This document shows positions 37,172 to 51,533 of a stretch of DNA of 64,000 nt, in pieces. This DNA comes from Ptychomitrium polyphyllum (Eukaryota), in assembly GCA_973851085.1 (NCBI GenBank), contig OZ316776.1, positions 3,224,001 through 3,288,000 of the forward strand, in the 5' to 3' direction. Position 1 is the first letter of the stretch; each line of letters opens with the position of its first letter. Position numbers and translations under genes: made by a program. The notes below the pieces were generated by a model that was not told where the DNA came from, did no database searches, and was given only the letters and a program-made list of their open reading frames with translations.

Positions 37172-39739
37172 AGGCCCTAGCCTGGATGGGGTTTCATGTC
37201 ATGTGCTTGCTCACGTGATGTGATGTGGTGATGGATATGTTGTGAGCAACGTCATCGTGTGGATTGCGGTGGTGGAGGAGGGGGTTTGAGTTCTGTAAAT
37301 CAGTAGGTGGCAGGGTTGTTGATATGGGAGAGAGGGACGATTACAGATGTATATCATTTTGGGTGGCATGGAGATAATTATTCTTCTCGTCATTCTGTGG
37401 AGTTAAGATTCACTCTCCACAGTTTTTGGTTCGTATGGTTTGAGGCTCTGTTTTATTTTTTCCTGGTGTGGGGAATTGAAGGTTTACTCTATTTTTGTGG
37501 AGCTTTGGAAGTATCTGAATGTGTCATGGCGGGCTTCTTTACCTCGATGTGTGTGCGTACATTCAATTGGGTTCTCGTGTGCATTTCTGTTTTGGGAGTA
37601 GAATTGAAAAATGTTTGTGCAATGAGGAGCTTTTGAGTTTTTCTTACATGGAAGCATCTCTGTTGCTGAGAAGTTTACAATAGGATAGTCAGTGCTTGCA
37701 TAAGTTAGCAACCCCCAGGCGACAGGTTTGCAACCGATGTAGCATAGACCGCCCTGTTGCATGGTGGCTTGTCTGTTCACCGTTCACGCAAAATCTGCCA
37801 GAAATTTCTGAATGACGATATTGCACTCTGCCTTGTCGCTCGGATGTAGTGTAGGTGCACTGTGGAACTTCTTAGCCTATTGGTGAAAGTTTCGAGGTCA
37901 AGTATGACTAACTTGATGATCAATGAGCACTACTAAGGAAATGGCTACACACTGAACAATTCGGTAATTAAATTATCAAAAATGCGTGGATGCAGTGTGC
38001 ACATGCGAAGTGGCCAATTAGAATGCAGTCCATTCGGAATTCCCAATGAAGTGACAACCTTTGGCCTCTGCTGCTTCCTCTGGAACACTGCCACGTGCTG
38101 TGGCGTGTTGCGTTTTGTAACTCTGAATGCCTTGTTCCTGATAGTCTGGACTTAGAGCAGAATTCTTCCTGCAGAGTTGTAGCCGAAGCTTGTGAATAGA
38201 AGATTTTCCGTGCCGAATGTCATCTCACCCAGACTTACTTCAATTCTTTACATAATTACATTAAATGCAGAGGAAGGCTGCAATTTTTATGGCCCTGGTC
38301 ACCGACACTGTCCGCTTTCTAAAGATTGCAGATGATGCAGTTCCACAGGATTCTGTTATGTCACTGCTTTTCCTAAAGAGTGTGGGGTCTTGACGTTGTT
38401 TTCCAGGTTGCCATCTGTTAATGTGCAGAGATCCACGTCCCCAGATGTTTTTTATAATATCTGTTTGAAAGTACGATTCTGGCTGACTTACAATTCCCAT
38501 GATCCGTCAGAAAATTACTGAACCTTCACGAACACGTCTCTACTAGTGCAGAGGCGAACAGGGGTTAGGAGATCAGTACTATTTTGATTTCAGTATACGG
38601 CGACGAGACATCAAACTTATCCTAAGCAAGTAGTGATGACAATCACCGACACCACGACGAAGGCATGAGCTTTTTCGAATCCTCATCAGGCATTTGTGGA
38701 AATGTTCCTTTGATGATATGATAACAGCTCTGCCTCTGGGTGGCAGCCTGTGTCTGGAAGAAAATGTGTGTGAACGTGGGAATTCGATGAGAAACAAGTA
38801 AGAGTCTGGATATGATGAGGATATGTCATCCGGTTTATGAACTCCACGCCTTTGGGACGCAGGCGTTGCAGACACGGTTTCGAATCCAGGACGTTCACGG
38901 CTCTGAGGACCACCGATGATCCCCGTGGGATACAATCACTGACTGGTCTTCCGTGGAGACACGTTAGCGTGTAACGACGGTTTGTAGCTCGTTTCAGTCT
39001 TCTGCTGACCATTAGATGGGCAGGTAACGGACGCAACGATGCCTAACACGTCGTTTTCGCAAGTTTTGCCGTCGATTTGTTGCGTCGGACGGCTATGGCC
39101 TTCGCTGGTCGAGCAATTGACATTCGTCACCGTGTCCTGGTGATGGGATTTGTGGGACGTTTCGGAGTTTCGGAGTTTTGGACACACAGCTGATCAAGGA
39201 ATTTTGCATTGGTCTTGCGTCACGGAGAAATTTGTTCTTGGTACTGTTTAAATTATCTGGGCCTTCGCTTCCTCTGAATTACTGCTATGCTCAGCTTTTG
39301 TGGCAGAAGGGGACGGTGTTGCAGGTGAATCACTTGGTGCTCTTCGAATTCTGTTGGAGCTAGGTGATCAATTGCGAAGGCTATCTGAATTTGTCGAAAA
39401 CAATTTCGAAGTGAGATATCTTTACTTTCTTTATGCTTTTCTCTTGACGACGAAATTTTGGATGCAGCTTAGAATTAGGTCTTGTTGCTGTTATTCTTGT
39501 TGATGGTAATCGAATGCAAAGAAAGGCGTAGAAGGTCATGCCCTCTTGGAGTGCATGCTAATGCTCTGCAAGGTCGAACCCTACTCTTTCTCTCCTGTTT
39601 TTCTAACTATACATAATTGTAAGCACTTTCGCAGATATCCTACGCTTACCATCCTTTCAGAGCTGCTTCTGTGATTACGCGTAAGCGTTTTCGTGAGGCC
39701 AAACGCTCATGCAATGAATTCGGTTTCGCAGGTTACAAG

Positions 39740-40039
39740 ATGTCTCCAGGAGCAGTTACCCAGGTGGTACAAGGGCTGAGCGCTCTAGCGGGCGCCTGGG
39801 TAATAAAATCTATACTAGACGCAGAGCAGGAGAAACCCATGAGCGGATTTAGCCAGTGCCCGACGTGCAACGGATCTCGGAGAGTGCCCTGTCTGTGTAC
39901 ACGGTGGTCAGACGACGACGTCGGTTGCAACACCTGCGAAGGCTCCGGCATGATGCGGTGCAACGCTTGTGGAGGTAGTGGCACAGGGAGGCCGATTCCT
40001 GTGCAAATTCGAGCTTCCAATCCGCCGAGAAATACTTGA
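39740..40039 (+). CDS. Small DnaJ-type zinc-finger protein (CxxCxGxG repeats, no J-domain)
   Basis: 99 aa; hydrophobic N-terminus, then CPTCNGS, CLCTRWSDDDVGC, CNTCEGSG, CNACGGSGTGRP. Resembles, from memory, Arabidopsis At5g43260-type proteins. Splice acceptor GCAG just upstream suggests a 5'UTR intron. Confidence 0.9.
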   Translation: MSPGAVTQVVQGLSALAGAWVIKSILDAEQEKPMSGFSQCPTCNGSRRVPCLCTRWSDDDVGCNTCEGSGMMRCNACGGSGTGRPIPVQIRASNPPRNT

Positions 40040-40859
40040 AGCAGGTCCAACGTAACCCAATACATGTAGTTCTTACACATTCGAATAAAAGAAGTGTAAT
40101 CTGTATTTTAGTGAATTGTAGAAAGCTTTGTAGAGGGGACTAAGTTCTCTATGTCGAGTATACTATAAATTTTGATACTGTTTAGTAGGACTTGGGGAAA
40201 GCTGCCAGCTATGAACACTTGAGTCTTGCAACTCGTTTTTGTGTATACTATGTTTTCAGACTCTGTGCCTGTTGAGCATCTCATGAATTTATTGGCCATT
40301 TGCATGGTCTGAAAACTAATTTTGCATTAGGAGTTTGGCGTGTCGTCGTACTCAGAAGGGAGCATGCGACCAGCATTGGTTGCGTGGTAACTGTGAATGG
40401 AAACCAAATGAGGAACTACGTGTTTCGATTTTGTAATTGCATTTCTAGTAAGTCTAATCTGCAAGTATGATCATGGTCATACGCTGAGTTAGTGCGGTAT
40501 GTGCAGTATATAATGAGCTGCCTCGTTACATTCTTGTGGAATTCAGCAATGAGAATCATTAACCACCTCATGAGCCACTCTTTTGCATGCCTGTCTACCT
40601 AGACTGTGGAATATTGTTGTAAATTCTGTTGTGAATGCTGTGTACCGACTATCTCATGCTGCCTATAAAGAATGTTCATTTAGGTAGCTCGCAACTTCGT
40701 AAGCAGGGATTGCAACATGTTTCATAAAAACATTTGCACGTTGAAACTTTAGACAGACTAACTAAAGGGGTGAAATCTCTCATGTCAGGGTGGGTTCAGC
40801 CTCTAAGAGTCCTGTCAATTTTTAAAAAAGTGTCCCGATGAGTGAATTTATCTTTGCCA

Positions 40860-41812
40860 TGCAGAATTGATGTGGCTTCAGTACACGAGGAGATTTGAGA
40901 CAGAATTCGCTACCTATGGTGAAATGAAACCAAAACATTGTGCAGTGGAGTTTATCATCATCAGTGTTGAAGTTCTTTGGACCATCTTACACCTTCTCCC
41001 ACGGGAGATGGTGGAAGCAAAAATCTGTAGCCCAAAACATGGGTATTTTAATCAAGAACAGTTCATGGGAGAAGATGGAAAAAGTCTTGTCCACAACCTA
41101 CACCCCTAAATTTTGTACGACTCCTTTAATTTCCAGCGAATATGCATAAGAGTATCAAACGCCGCAAACGCAGAGAATGGAGTAGGAAACCCTACGTTGC
41201 GGCAACACAGATAGCTGAACTGAGTGGAAGCAGTCAAAAGCACGCCCTGAGAGAGGCCATAGAACCCAATTATTTAATATACACCAAAGCTCTTCTTTAG
41301 TCCAACTTTCGCCCAATCCGACATGCAAATGAATTCTCCTCATCCTCCCACTCAACCAGAGCCTTCCTGTACACGGGGTGCTGCTCAATTCTGGTTCAGC
41401 CCGTACGAGTGAGGCAGTCTTGTTAGATTCACCGATTCAGTTTGTCCTGAGATGTGGGTGATGGCTTTAGGTTGCCCTCGTCCAGCTGTCTCTGTTGCGT
41501 CAACTCCTCGCTCGATGTCAATGACTTCTTTGTCGGTAAGCTGCCGGTTCATCTCGTGGTTTTCCGCCTGGAGTGCAAGCTCAAGCTGTCTGGACCGTCG
41601 TGCGAAGGATTCTAGCTCTGGTTTGTCTAGATCAACAATGTCTGTGTCAATGGAAATTGAGTCTGGGTTGGGATTTGTATCCGATGTGCTTGATGACAAA
41701 GGAATGTTCAAGTTGTGATTTTCTTGTTCACTTGATGAAAATGTGGAGTTTAGAGCGTCCTGAATGTGGTGATGGACCAATAATTATTGCTCTGCTGTGC
41801 ATACATCTACAT
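40860..41812 (-). pseudogene. Disrupted paralogue of the membrane-protein gene at 63430
   Basis: ELESFARRSRQLELALQA..RQLTDKEVIDIER and IIGFYGLSQGVLLTA align to ELESYTRRCKELQLALEA..RQLTDKEVTDIKR and MIGFYSVFQG. Start ATG TAG (vs ATG GAG), several in-frame stops and frameshifts. The 3' limit is approximate. Confidence 0.8.
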
Positions 41813-42820
41813 TGCTAGCACTCCATGGCCATCATCGAATTTATTAAAGTTGAGAGAACAAAATTTCAATTGAAGAGAGCTATCAAGAAGTGATGAGATA
41901 ATAAGAGACCCTCAAAAAAGACCAAGCCCAAATTGCTTCTGACTTTAAGTCTTGAAAAGAAAAAGAAAAAGGAAAATCGGTGGAAACCACTGCTGTTTAA
42001 CGTAACCGTATTCAGTGTTCTATTAAATCAAGATCATTTTAGACTCACCAATTATCCTAACTAACCTACTTAATGCATTACCGTAATCTGCCCCAAGCCC
42101 AGTAAACTAATCTACTGTATATTAGTGACTGTACTGCAGAGCGCATTTCGTAGTCTGGTGTTAACAGCTGTTATGAGCCACGCTACACCACATTCTGAGC
42201 TCCGTGTTTAGCGTAGAAGGATATTATAAATATCGAAGAATTTAAGTTAATCAAAAAATTTCTAGTAAAACTTTACAGTTTACTGTGTAAATATTCCTAA
42301 TTATCATGAGACAAAGCGATTGTTAATTATCGAATTATCTGCTGAAACATTTAAATGGTCTTAGGCACTAGGTCCCTTTGTATTGCACTTGTGAGCACTA
42401 TCCCCGACTTCCAGCTTCTGTATCGTAGTCATACTCTTCCATTCTCTATGGTGACATTGAGAGGTTACAATGATATTGACATCATAAATTTACAAAAACC
42501 CTTGAGATGACTCAGCTGACTATGGCGTGCAAAAAACAGTAATTCATAACTTGAACTCTAAATGCAGCTCAATGGCGGGTAGATCGACTGGCCATCTACT
42601 CATGACTTTCTTTTTCCACCATTTCATTCTAAGTTTTGCATGTGAAGAGGACCATTGATGTGTAATGAATTATGTACACTCACTGTTTCTACCAATATCA
42701 ACTTCAGATGTATTGGCCCTAAAACTACTGATGGGCTTTGCTTGAAGGCCCTTTGAATAATCTTCACCCTGCTGAGACAGAAATAGGAACTCCCTACGGA
42801 CTCATCCCTAACAATCAGCC

Positions 42821-45694
42821 TTAGGAATCTTCAATATCTTTCATCGCGTTCTGCCACCACATGCCCACGTAGAAAAAATTGTGAAAAGAGAATACCACAT
42901 GAATATTGACAATGTACTTCCAAAGCATGCTTAAGACCCAGCCCCTCTCAGAATGTCCACTCTTAGAGTATATATTTTAGTTTTCTTGGGAACTTGACGT
43001 CAATATAGAGCCAGATTCTAGACGTCACTAGACAACTGTAGGTACGGAGTCTCTAAACAATCTTCACGTATACAGAAGCTCACTGGTGTTGAACAGAAAC
43101 ATGGAGAAGGAAAGCAACGAACCTTGGCCAATTTACCAACGTAAGATGCTGCAAAAATGGTCGCTACCAACCCAATTCCCAAAGTCCAGTAACTTTCTGG
43201 ACCGCCTGGAAAAACAGCATCTGCTTCTTGTTTCTGCAAATAGATAGGTGAACATTATTAACACTTGTCCGTGCGTATCCAATAAAGCTAGACTGCAGAG
43301 GCAATTCACTAATACTTCCTGAAACGTTCAAAGATGTTTCAACAGCTGTTAACCAATCGGGTCTAAGCCAGTGTACCCGATTGTTGAATCACCAACGCTA
43401 CGAAATGTAAAATTATGGGCTCCAAAGTTCTAAATACACGCGGTCCTGTATGAATTGCACAATCATAATTCAAAATAAGGTGTATGTATAAAGAACAATC
43501 AAATACCAACAAAGATTATGAATAGAGGAAAAAGTTGTAACTTACAATGAAAGCCCTTCCAATAGCACCTGCGCTTACGTATGCCCATGTCCCAGGCAGC
43601 ATACCCAACCAGCTGCACATCATATTCAGATGTTAAGGAGTAACGCACAACATAACGTCAAAGCAAATTCTAACAACATAAATATCATAGCACGTAGTCA
43701 TACTAATCATAGAGGGAGCAAGTAACGACAAACGCAGACTTTGTTAAACAATATAATGCTGTAATGTACCTTCCAAGCACGTAAGGGACTAATTCGACAG
43801 AAGTGAGACCGTAGAGGTAGTTTCCAAGAGAGAAAGGAAGTAAAGGACTAAGTCGCAGCAGAGTGACCACCCTAAAACTATCTGCTCCAATAGCCTTATC
43901 AATTGCCAGAAACTTTGGATTATTTTGTGCTAGTTTAAGAATACGATCCCTTGCAAAATACCGTGCTATCAGAAAAGCAACCGTTGCTGCTAGCTGCAAG
44001 AGATTCACAGAGAACGAGTCAGTACACCGTACCCCTGCAGAAAAGGTCATGTATGATTTCAGTAATCACAAGGGCTGAAGCCCTAATTTTACGAATGAAT
44101 AGATTTGCATGGTTTTGATTCTGCTTACTGTGCCTGCTATGGAAACCAGAATTGTCCCATATAAAGTACCAAACAGCAACCCTGCTGACATAGTCAAAGG
44201 AACAGCCGGAATAGCAAGCACCTGAAAATTGCCAACAGCAGAAACATAACAATAATTATCAAGACGCAGAGCGTTAGTTTGAAAGGGCTACTAGCTTAAC
44301 GTCATGATTACAAGTCCTGAAAACTGTCAAGGTCCAGCACCAACTTCCGCTAAAGTAAGCTTGAAATCACTATGCTGGCAATTGGCAATCTATAAACTCA
44401 TTCTTAAATTGAAAAAGGTTGGAACCAATTTTTTGTGATTTGATAAGAATACTATATATTGCTATCACTGATTGGAGTTGATTACCACAAGGAGACCAGC
44501 TGCTGCAGCGTTTTCTCAGTAATGCAACTGGATTACAAATTAGGGCTTTCAAAATGATCGTATGCTCTTAAACATATTCTCATCAAAAAACCTCGTCTAA
44601 ATGGCAACGGCTCGAACGATTGGCAGACACACAAGGTGAGAAAACGGAAGACTTACCTCTAAGCCGGCATACGCAAGCACAAACAGCACATATCCAGCAG
44701 GTCCATATCCTGAATTCCAGCGCCCACATCAATGCAATTAGCGCAATCTCAAACGCAGAGCTGCACGATCTAAACAGGCAATAAAAGGGATGCTGGACTA
44801 AAGAAGCCATCTACAAGAAACATAGATACTGATAACCCTAAACACAAATCTCAATGGTAAACACAAGAACCAAAGAACTATGTGTACACAAATGGTCAGC
44901 CTCCCAAATTTAAAGGCAGTAGAAGAATAACAGAGAACAAGAGATGAAGCTTGGACTGCCGTATCGGCGCTTTCCTAACCTTCAAGGAAATCAGAAAATT
45001 GAGTGAGGAGCTCATTTATTTGTTCCTTGTAGACAAAACTTAGAGCTCCAAAAGCGCCCACACACGCGAGCAGCAGAACCGTAGCTACAATAGTGCCTTT
45101 CACAGTCCCTAACATACCCCCCTCTGAGGCTTTAACCTCTTCCTTCAAACTAGCGCCCTCTACATCAGCTTTGGCTTTGAGGAAATCCGCTACCTCGTCA
45201 GGAGATTCTGAAGAATGCAAGTCCTCCCCTTCCCTCCCGTCGCTTCCATGTTCTGAACTCCCGTTAGGGGAAGGTGGAGAACCTAATTCTATAGGTTTTG
45301 CTTGCCCGTCTACTTCATGCAAAACCTCCCTCTGGCTATCTTTCAGAGAGGCGACTCGCACGCTACGCACTCTGTTCCTGCTTCTCTGCAAGAAATTGCC
45401 TCTCAACTGTTGTCTAAAAGGGCTGTCAGCGGATAAGAACAGTGGCATGCAGCTGGAGACTCGTAACGAAGTGACAAAACCTCCGACTTTCGACGTTTCC
45501 CCTCCACCAAAACCCAGAACCGGCTCCAACTGCCCCAGGTGAGAAAACAAAGCCGAGGAGCTACCCGGACATGAGCCACTCACAGACGCAATTGAGAGCG
45601 CCGTAGGCGCATCCGCATGCCATTCCTGGTGAGATGGCTGTTGCTGCACCCCAACGCGGAACGACAGCGCTCCTGACAGGAGTGCTGCTGCCAT
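42821..45694 (-). CDS. TVP38/TMEM64 (DedA/VTT, SNARE-associated Golgi family) membrane protein, probably plastid-targeted
   Basis: Exons 45694-44980, 44709-44657, 44221-44129, 43993-43770, 43612-43546, 43233-43123, 42850-42821. Motifs LEVLAIPAVPLTMSAGLLFG, AFLIARYFAR, VTLLRLSPLLPFSLGNYLYGLT, SWLGMLPGTWAYV. Ser/Ala-rich transit-peptide-like N-terminus. Confidence 0.93.
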
Positions 45695-47888
45695 CCCGTC
45701 TCCCGCTCACGCCCCTCAACCTCAACCTCGACCCCGACCCCACTCCCACCAACTTATCCTCCTCCGCAAACCTTCGACAAGCGCTACAAACCGTTCCAAC
45801 TGCTGAATGTGAAGCTCCACCCCAAACGACAGCCAGAGCCTGCGATCCCAACTGGCGCTATCTCGAAACAGACAGAAACCTCTAAAGTTTACGACACCAA
45901 CGACCCGAGGAAGTGCATGGCTGCTCCGCTTCGCACCACAACACGAACCATCATCCACTTTTGCTGCCAATCACGGGCACCTGCGCCTTTCCAGCAATCT
46001 CAACATCCAGCAAAACAGGCTTCTCTCCACCCAGACATGTAGGAAAGAAATCCACATCCGTGACTCTGATCCGCAGTAAACTAACTGTAAAGCATATTCG
46101 CCGCGACTGCCATGGTCTAGATCACGTTGAGCTCATTCTTCCAGCCCCTTTCCACGGACTCTCTGTCCAGGAATCCAAGTTCCTCCCATTCTGTGCCATG
46201 TTGTTTTTTTTCTTTTTTGGTGGATTGCCACTGGACTCATCAGAACTTAGAAGCAATTGGTTTCAAGAGGATGTCACGTATTTTTATGTTCAGGACGGGT
46301 GTGGTGAGTTACGAGTGCAGAAATAAGTGCTCCCGGTTGGAAAGAAATGGGTTCTATCTTTCTACAGTTTCTGTGCCATGTGTGGGTTTTACATAGATTA
46401 TAACACGTGGACAAAGCCAGGCTCTGTCAAGCTACTTGGTCCCTCCATGGACCCAGCATTATTTCTTAGTTGATGATGGGTTCACCATCCAGCCGCTGGT
46501 GCCGTGATGGAAACCAGGTGCTGAATTGCTTGTAGGGCTGGAGAACTGGAGAGCTGTTCCTTGAAGCTTCATTCTGGAAGGGAGGGCTTGTCACTTGCGA
46601 GAAGAAGAAGAGCTCATTACCAGTGAGAAGAAAAGGAACTTATTTTCTATGATTGCAATACAGAATGAGTTGTTTTTAGAAGGCAAAAGCCTATGATCCA
46701 TAATTGGGAGATCCGGAAGCTCATGGGCGGGATCCAAAATTGTGCATGCATTCTCTCGTGTGCATTGAGTAATGGAGGGCTGGGGTGTTTAGATGAGACC
46801 AAGCAAGATGAAACCTTGAGAAGCACACCAGAAGATCTTCACATCCTTACAGCCAGGTTTGAGCTCTTGGTTTTAGCAGCAATATGGCGCGTACGCCACG
46901 TGGACCCCAGCCCTACATCCAGATTGCTTGGATTTTGGACCTTTTCTATATGGAGTCAACTCAAGTGAAATTATGTCCAGACACTAGTACTGAACAACAC
47001 TTACAATTGCGTTTAAGGTAGTGGATTCTAATTCTGTTAGTTGAAGCTAGCAATCGTGAAACAAAGATAGATAGATCTTAAGGTTGAGGACCGATCCCAA
47101 ATAGAACACAATTTTCGCACTTTAAAGAAATTTCTAATGAACTTTTAAAGTTAAATTCCCTAGACTCCTATACAAGTTAACAGGTTAATCCATCCAAATT
47201 TCAAATTACATCTATAATTTCTACATGCAAAATGTACGATCACTATCTAAGAATCTTCAATAGGGTGATGCACTATTACACTTGGAAGACTGCAATGGAC
47301 ATGCTCCATGGTGTAAGGGACATGGGTAACAGGTTCCTCACTGTTACAGGTGCTCCTACTTTCATTTGAAGTTTAATATAGAAACAAAAAAAGACTCAAC
47401 AACTTCACATATTTTTGTTCGTGGCCGCAAGACAAGACAGAGAGAAAGCTTTGCAGACTTTTGCAGATCAATAACTAAAACGCAGCGGAACAAACCAGGA
47501 CTCGGTTTAGAACAATATCAAGAAGAGGTAGGCCGTTGGAAAGATACAGCACAAAGGTGGGTCTCTTCTTGTCTTCATTAAAGTTGGGACATTGAAATAC
47601 ATCAATCAACAAGCTATACAAAAGGTGACAGAGATTGTTAATGGGAAGGTTAAAATGAAATCATTGAAGGATTTTGCCTCAGAAGCATATGTGAACAAAG
47701 GCTTGCCCCTATCTTCAGCACTAATGATGTTTCCGTAGTTGGAAGTGCAGTGTCCACTGATTCGCTCGTCATGTTCTTGCAGTATCCTACACCACCATAT
47801 TTATGAAAGGCAGCAAGGATCAAAGAGCACCACTTCATGCAAGAGTCATTGATTAAGAAGTACAGTTGTGGGACTTGATGTAAGTAGT

Positions 47889-49249
47889 TCATTTTGTCAA
47901 ATAATATACTAGTAGGAAGATCACCACACAGGAAGCAACAATTGTTGCTAGATTGCGAGATGACTTGGTCTCAAATACCTGCACACCAAAAAACATCTCG
48001 TCAGACGTTGAAAAACAATCTAAAACAGGACGTTGGGCGGCTAATTCTCAACCATCTCGAAGCTGCTAGCTCAATTGAATTCCAGCAGCGGAAGGAATCC
48101 AGAGTTTCATCGGTTCGTACCCTTGTGAAGCGATCCATAGTTCCAGCAATCAAAGATCTCGATACATCCATGGCGTTTCCCTGCAGAGTAGAAAGGGCAA
48201 CCAACCTCACTTTAACATCAATGATATGGTTACACTTAAATCCAAATCATACGCCTATATCTACTCTTCCTTACCATTCACTAATACAAATAAACTCTCT
48301 GCACACGAAGGTTCATCGCAATCAAAGTGACTATACAAACAGCAACACAATAGATCAACTTAAAAAAATAGAAAAGAAGACCAACTGGAAAAGCATCAAG
48401 AGATAAATTACCATTCCCTCCAGCAGCTTGTTGTGGCTCTCCACCTCTTCATGTATATCCCCTGTCAACTGGAAACAACATCGCCCTTGGGCATCTCAGT
48501 AACAAAAAAGTACGAAAAACTGCCAGAATGTTGTCCACCCAGATACCCATCCCCACGGGCTACACAATATAGACTCAAGCCTAGCTGATCCCACAATCAG
48601 TGTTCAAGCATAGAGTAATTAGACCAACGAAACACTGCACTTTGCTGTTTAATGATCACATCTACATGTGTGTCAACTCTTGGGAGCATCTTTCAAATCC
48701 ACATACAAAACTCTAGAACTACCCTTATTCATTTCCTTCGTATGGGAAAACGATGCCCTAATTCTGTGTTTTATAATGGAAGTCAAAAACAGTTCCGCTG
48801 CAATGGTTCTGTAATTTCTTTTCTTGCAGTTCTATGTTCCTTTCATACGACACAATTGAATCGTATTGCTCACTACCTTGTAAATGAGAACTACACTTCC
48901 ATGGAAACGATGACAGACCCAATGGATGCAAAAAGTACTCCAGCAGGTAAAGTTTTGAAAAATTTATTCACCCGCTTGAGAACATTGACACGATCATGAA
49001 GCTCCCCTAAACCTCGCTCATTCTCCTGCTCCGCGATCTCATCGCTGGACGCATACGATGCCGACGATCGCAGCCCTCCTTCCAACGAATCGAACAACTG
49101 ACTCCGCGTTGCCCTGTGATCCCTGCTTACAACTCAGATCGTTTGCAAAAACCAACAACCAAGACCAGCCCCATTGAGAAAAACGCAATCCAAACCAACC
49201 TATAAGCCTAGAAATGGAGTTGCATGCTGTCTCACCTTCGCGGATTCAT
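47889..49249 (-). CDS. BET1: Bet1-like Qc-SNARE (123 aa)
   Basis: Exons 49249-49236, 49122-48972, 48468-48412, 48180-48121, 47978-47889 give MNPRRDHRATRSQLFDSLEGG..EQENERGLGELHDRVNVLKRLTGDIHEEVESHNKLLEGMGNAMD..GTMDRFTRVFETKSSR plus a C-terminal TM segment. Confidence 0.95.
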
Positions 49250-49280
49250 GATTGATGAGCGATCGCACAGCAACCAAATA

Positions 49281-49296
49281 AAACCCTAACCCTAAC
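49281..49296. promoter_or_regulatory. Telo-box (AAACCCTAACCCTAA) just upstream of the BET1 start
   Basis: Exact AAACCCTAA plant telo-box ~30 bp from the ATG. A similar ACCCTAACCCTAA lies at ~20169-20181, upstream of MTA. Confidence 0.6.
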
Positions 49297-49496
49297 TCTC
49301 GGTTGAAACCCTTAAAGAGTGCCAACTCTGGCACTCAGTGCTGGGGTTCAAAGCAGTGGTTTGCATTTCAAGTGAAGAGCGATGCCACCCCTGATTGAGT
49401 GCTCACTGTTAGTGGAGCACCGTGAAAAATCAGAATACCAGACTCCGAAGCGCAGAGTTCGCACACGAGTTCCTTCACAGGAAGGAATGCATCCCT

Positions 49497-49617
49497 TAAA
49501 CCGTCGCTACACCCAATACCGTCATTACGTACAAAACCGTTTCTACCCTAAACAGTTAGCTCGCCCGAAACCGTAGTGTCACCTAAAACCGGTAATGCAC
49601 CCCGAGACCGTCGCTAT
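49497..49617. repeat. Degenerate ~18-bp tandem repeat with an ACCGT core upstream of BET1
   Basis: ACCGT-like cores at 49500, 49518, 49536, 49552, 49570, 49588, 49607. Confidence 0.7.
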
Positions 49618-51533
49618 CAACCAGGGTGTACCCTGCACTCAAGGTCTGATTGCGTGAGTGGAAAATAAAATTAGTAAAATCTGGCATAACAATCAACATC
49701 TGATTGCCAGAATTCTGATTCAGTTCCTTATGAAAAAATACATGAAAGCACCAGATTTTGATGAAAACAGTATAGCATTATGCATGAACAATATTTTTCT
49801 ATTCAAAACATCAAAAAATGTAGATTTATGTGATTACAATGTAAGTTTTGTATATTTCCAATGTAATACTGTGAAATGATATGAAAAAAGAGATTATACA
49901 CCAAATATAAAGGTGAAGATTTTAAAAGAATTCTTGTCAGTTTAGCTTGTGTGTATTTTATAACGTTTTATGTTTATATGTCCACTGATCAAGCTTGTCT
50001 TTTCTGTGTGCAGCATCTTTGAAGCTTTTTTGTTTTATTGTAATCAATAACCACAATTCAATTATTAGCATTTTTGTTACAGTTGTAGATTTAAATTTTT
50101 GCATGTGTTTGGTGGATTCTTTTGCAAGTCTAATAACACTTGGTTTATATGGACTTAAATTGTAACTTTTTGAATATTAATTTAAGAATATAATATAAAA
50201 AAATGAAAGTATATTTTAAAGTATACTTGAAAGTTTTTAAATTGTTCTATATACTTTTGGAATAAACTAATGATAACAAGTATTATTAAAAAATCAAGAA
50301 AATCAAGCAAACATATATGCGTTTAATACCCAAAATTTTAATAATTAAAAGCCTTATTTTCTAAGATGTTTTATTAATGATAGATTTTTGACTTTAGCAT
50401 TTTCAGATTAAAAAATATAAATTTATTAAACACACTATGATCATTGTATAATGTTGAAAACGTTAAAATAAAACATTAAAATTTTATTTTTGCAATGAAT
50501 TATTGATTAGGAATAAATGGGCTAAAAACAGTTAATATATCAATCATATTTCACATAATAGTTTGTAAAAGAACCTAATAATTTTAGCTCAACGCTTAAA
50601 CATCATGACAAAAAATACAAGGATAATATTATATTTTCTTTCCAAGTGCTAAATTTTTTTCTATTATATACAATAGAATATTTAGACCAAATTCTATATT
50701 ACCATAGTGGTGTAAGACAATGCTATGATAAAAGATGCTATGTTGACTATAAACTTGTTGTAATATTTAATGAAGTAGACAAGTGATCCAATTGTTTTGA
50801 AAATATGTAGTTCAATCAAATGCACAACACTTTACAAAATTGAAGTTTACGCTCCAATCAAAAAGAAAAACATAACAAAGCAGGAAGTAACATCTTCAGT
50901 CAGATTTTTGTTAAAAAATGTGTTGAGTTTACAAAGAACTTTACCAAACCAGCAGTATTTCCAAAGCTTGGCCATACCGTAGAATACAACAATGTGAGTG
51001 TACGGTACGTGTGTGTAGCAAATGAAATGCCCACCTTCCACGCCACTTTCTCAAGCACCCAGCCAGGATCATTCCTTCAGCGGCGCGAGAAAAGCGCCTA
51101 CTCCACAAATCTACGCGTTCCCCACACCCCATGTAGCCCCTGCGAAGATATCCATCTCGCCTGAACAAATCGTCGTTCCGTCCACACGTCTCTCCATGCA
51201 ATTAACGCCACGAGCGTTTTCCCACTGCCAAGCATGCACGTGAACTTTTTAATCATGACACTCCCCCAGTACCACCAGTGTATTACGGACGTATCGTCGG
51301 TTGTCGACAGTGTATTTATCTGACATGCAGAGGTATCAACTGGTTCAGTTGATGTGGATACACGGGTATTCTCGTAGTATCGTCCTACTGCAGGGCCTTG
51401 TGTCTAGAGGGAGGAGAATCTGACGGTGGCTAAGCTGCTCGTAATTTTCGATCAGGTTCGGTTTTCGGAGGCAGTAGCGCAGGAGGCTTTGATGTGGAGT
51501 TTGCAACTGGACCTGCAACGTTGTGGGAGGAGA

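Noticed and set aside
47894..48406. 170-aa + strand ORF
   Set aside because: Antisense to BET1 exons and introns, with no independent coding evidence.
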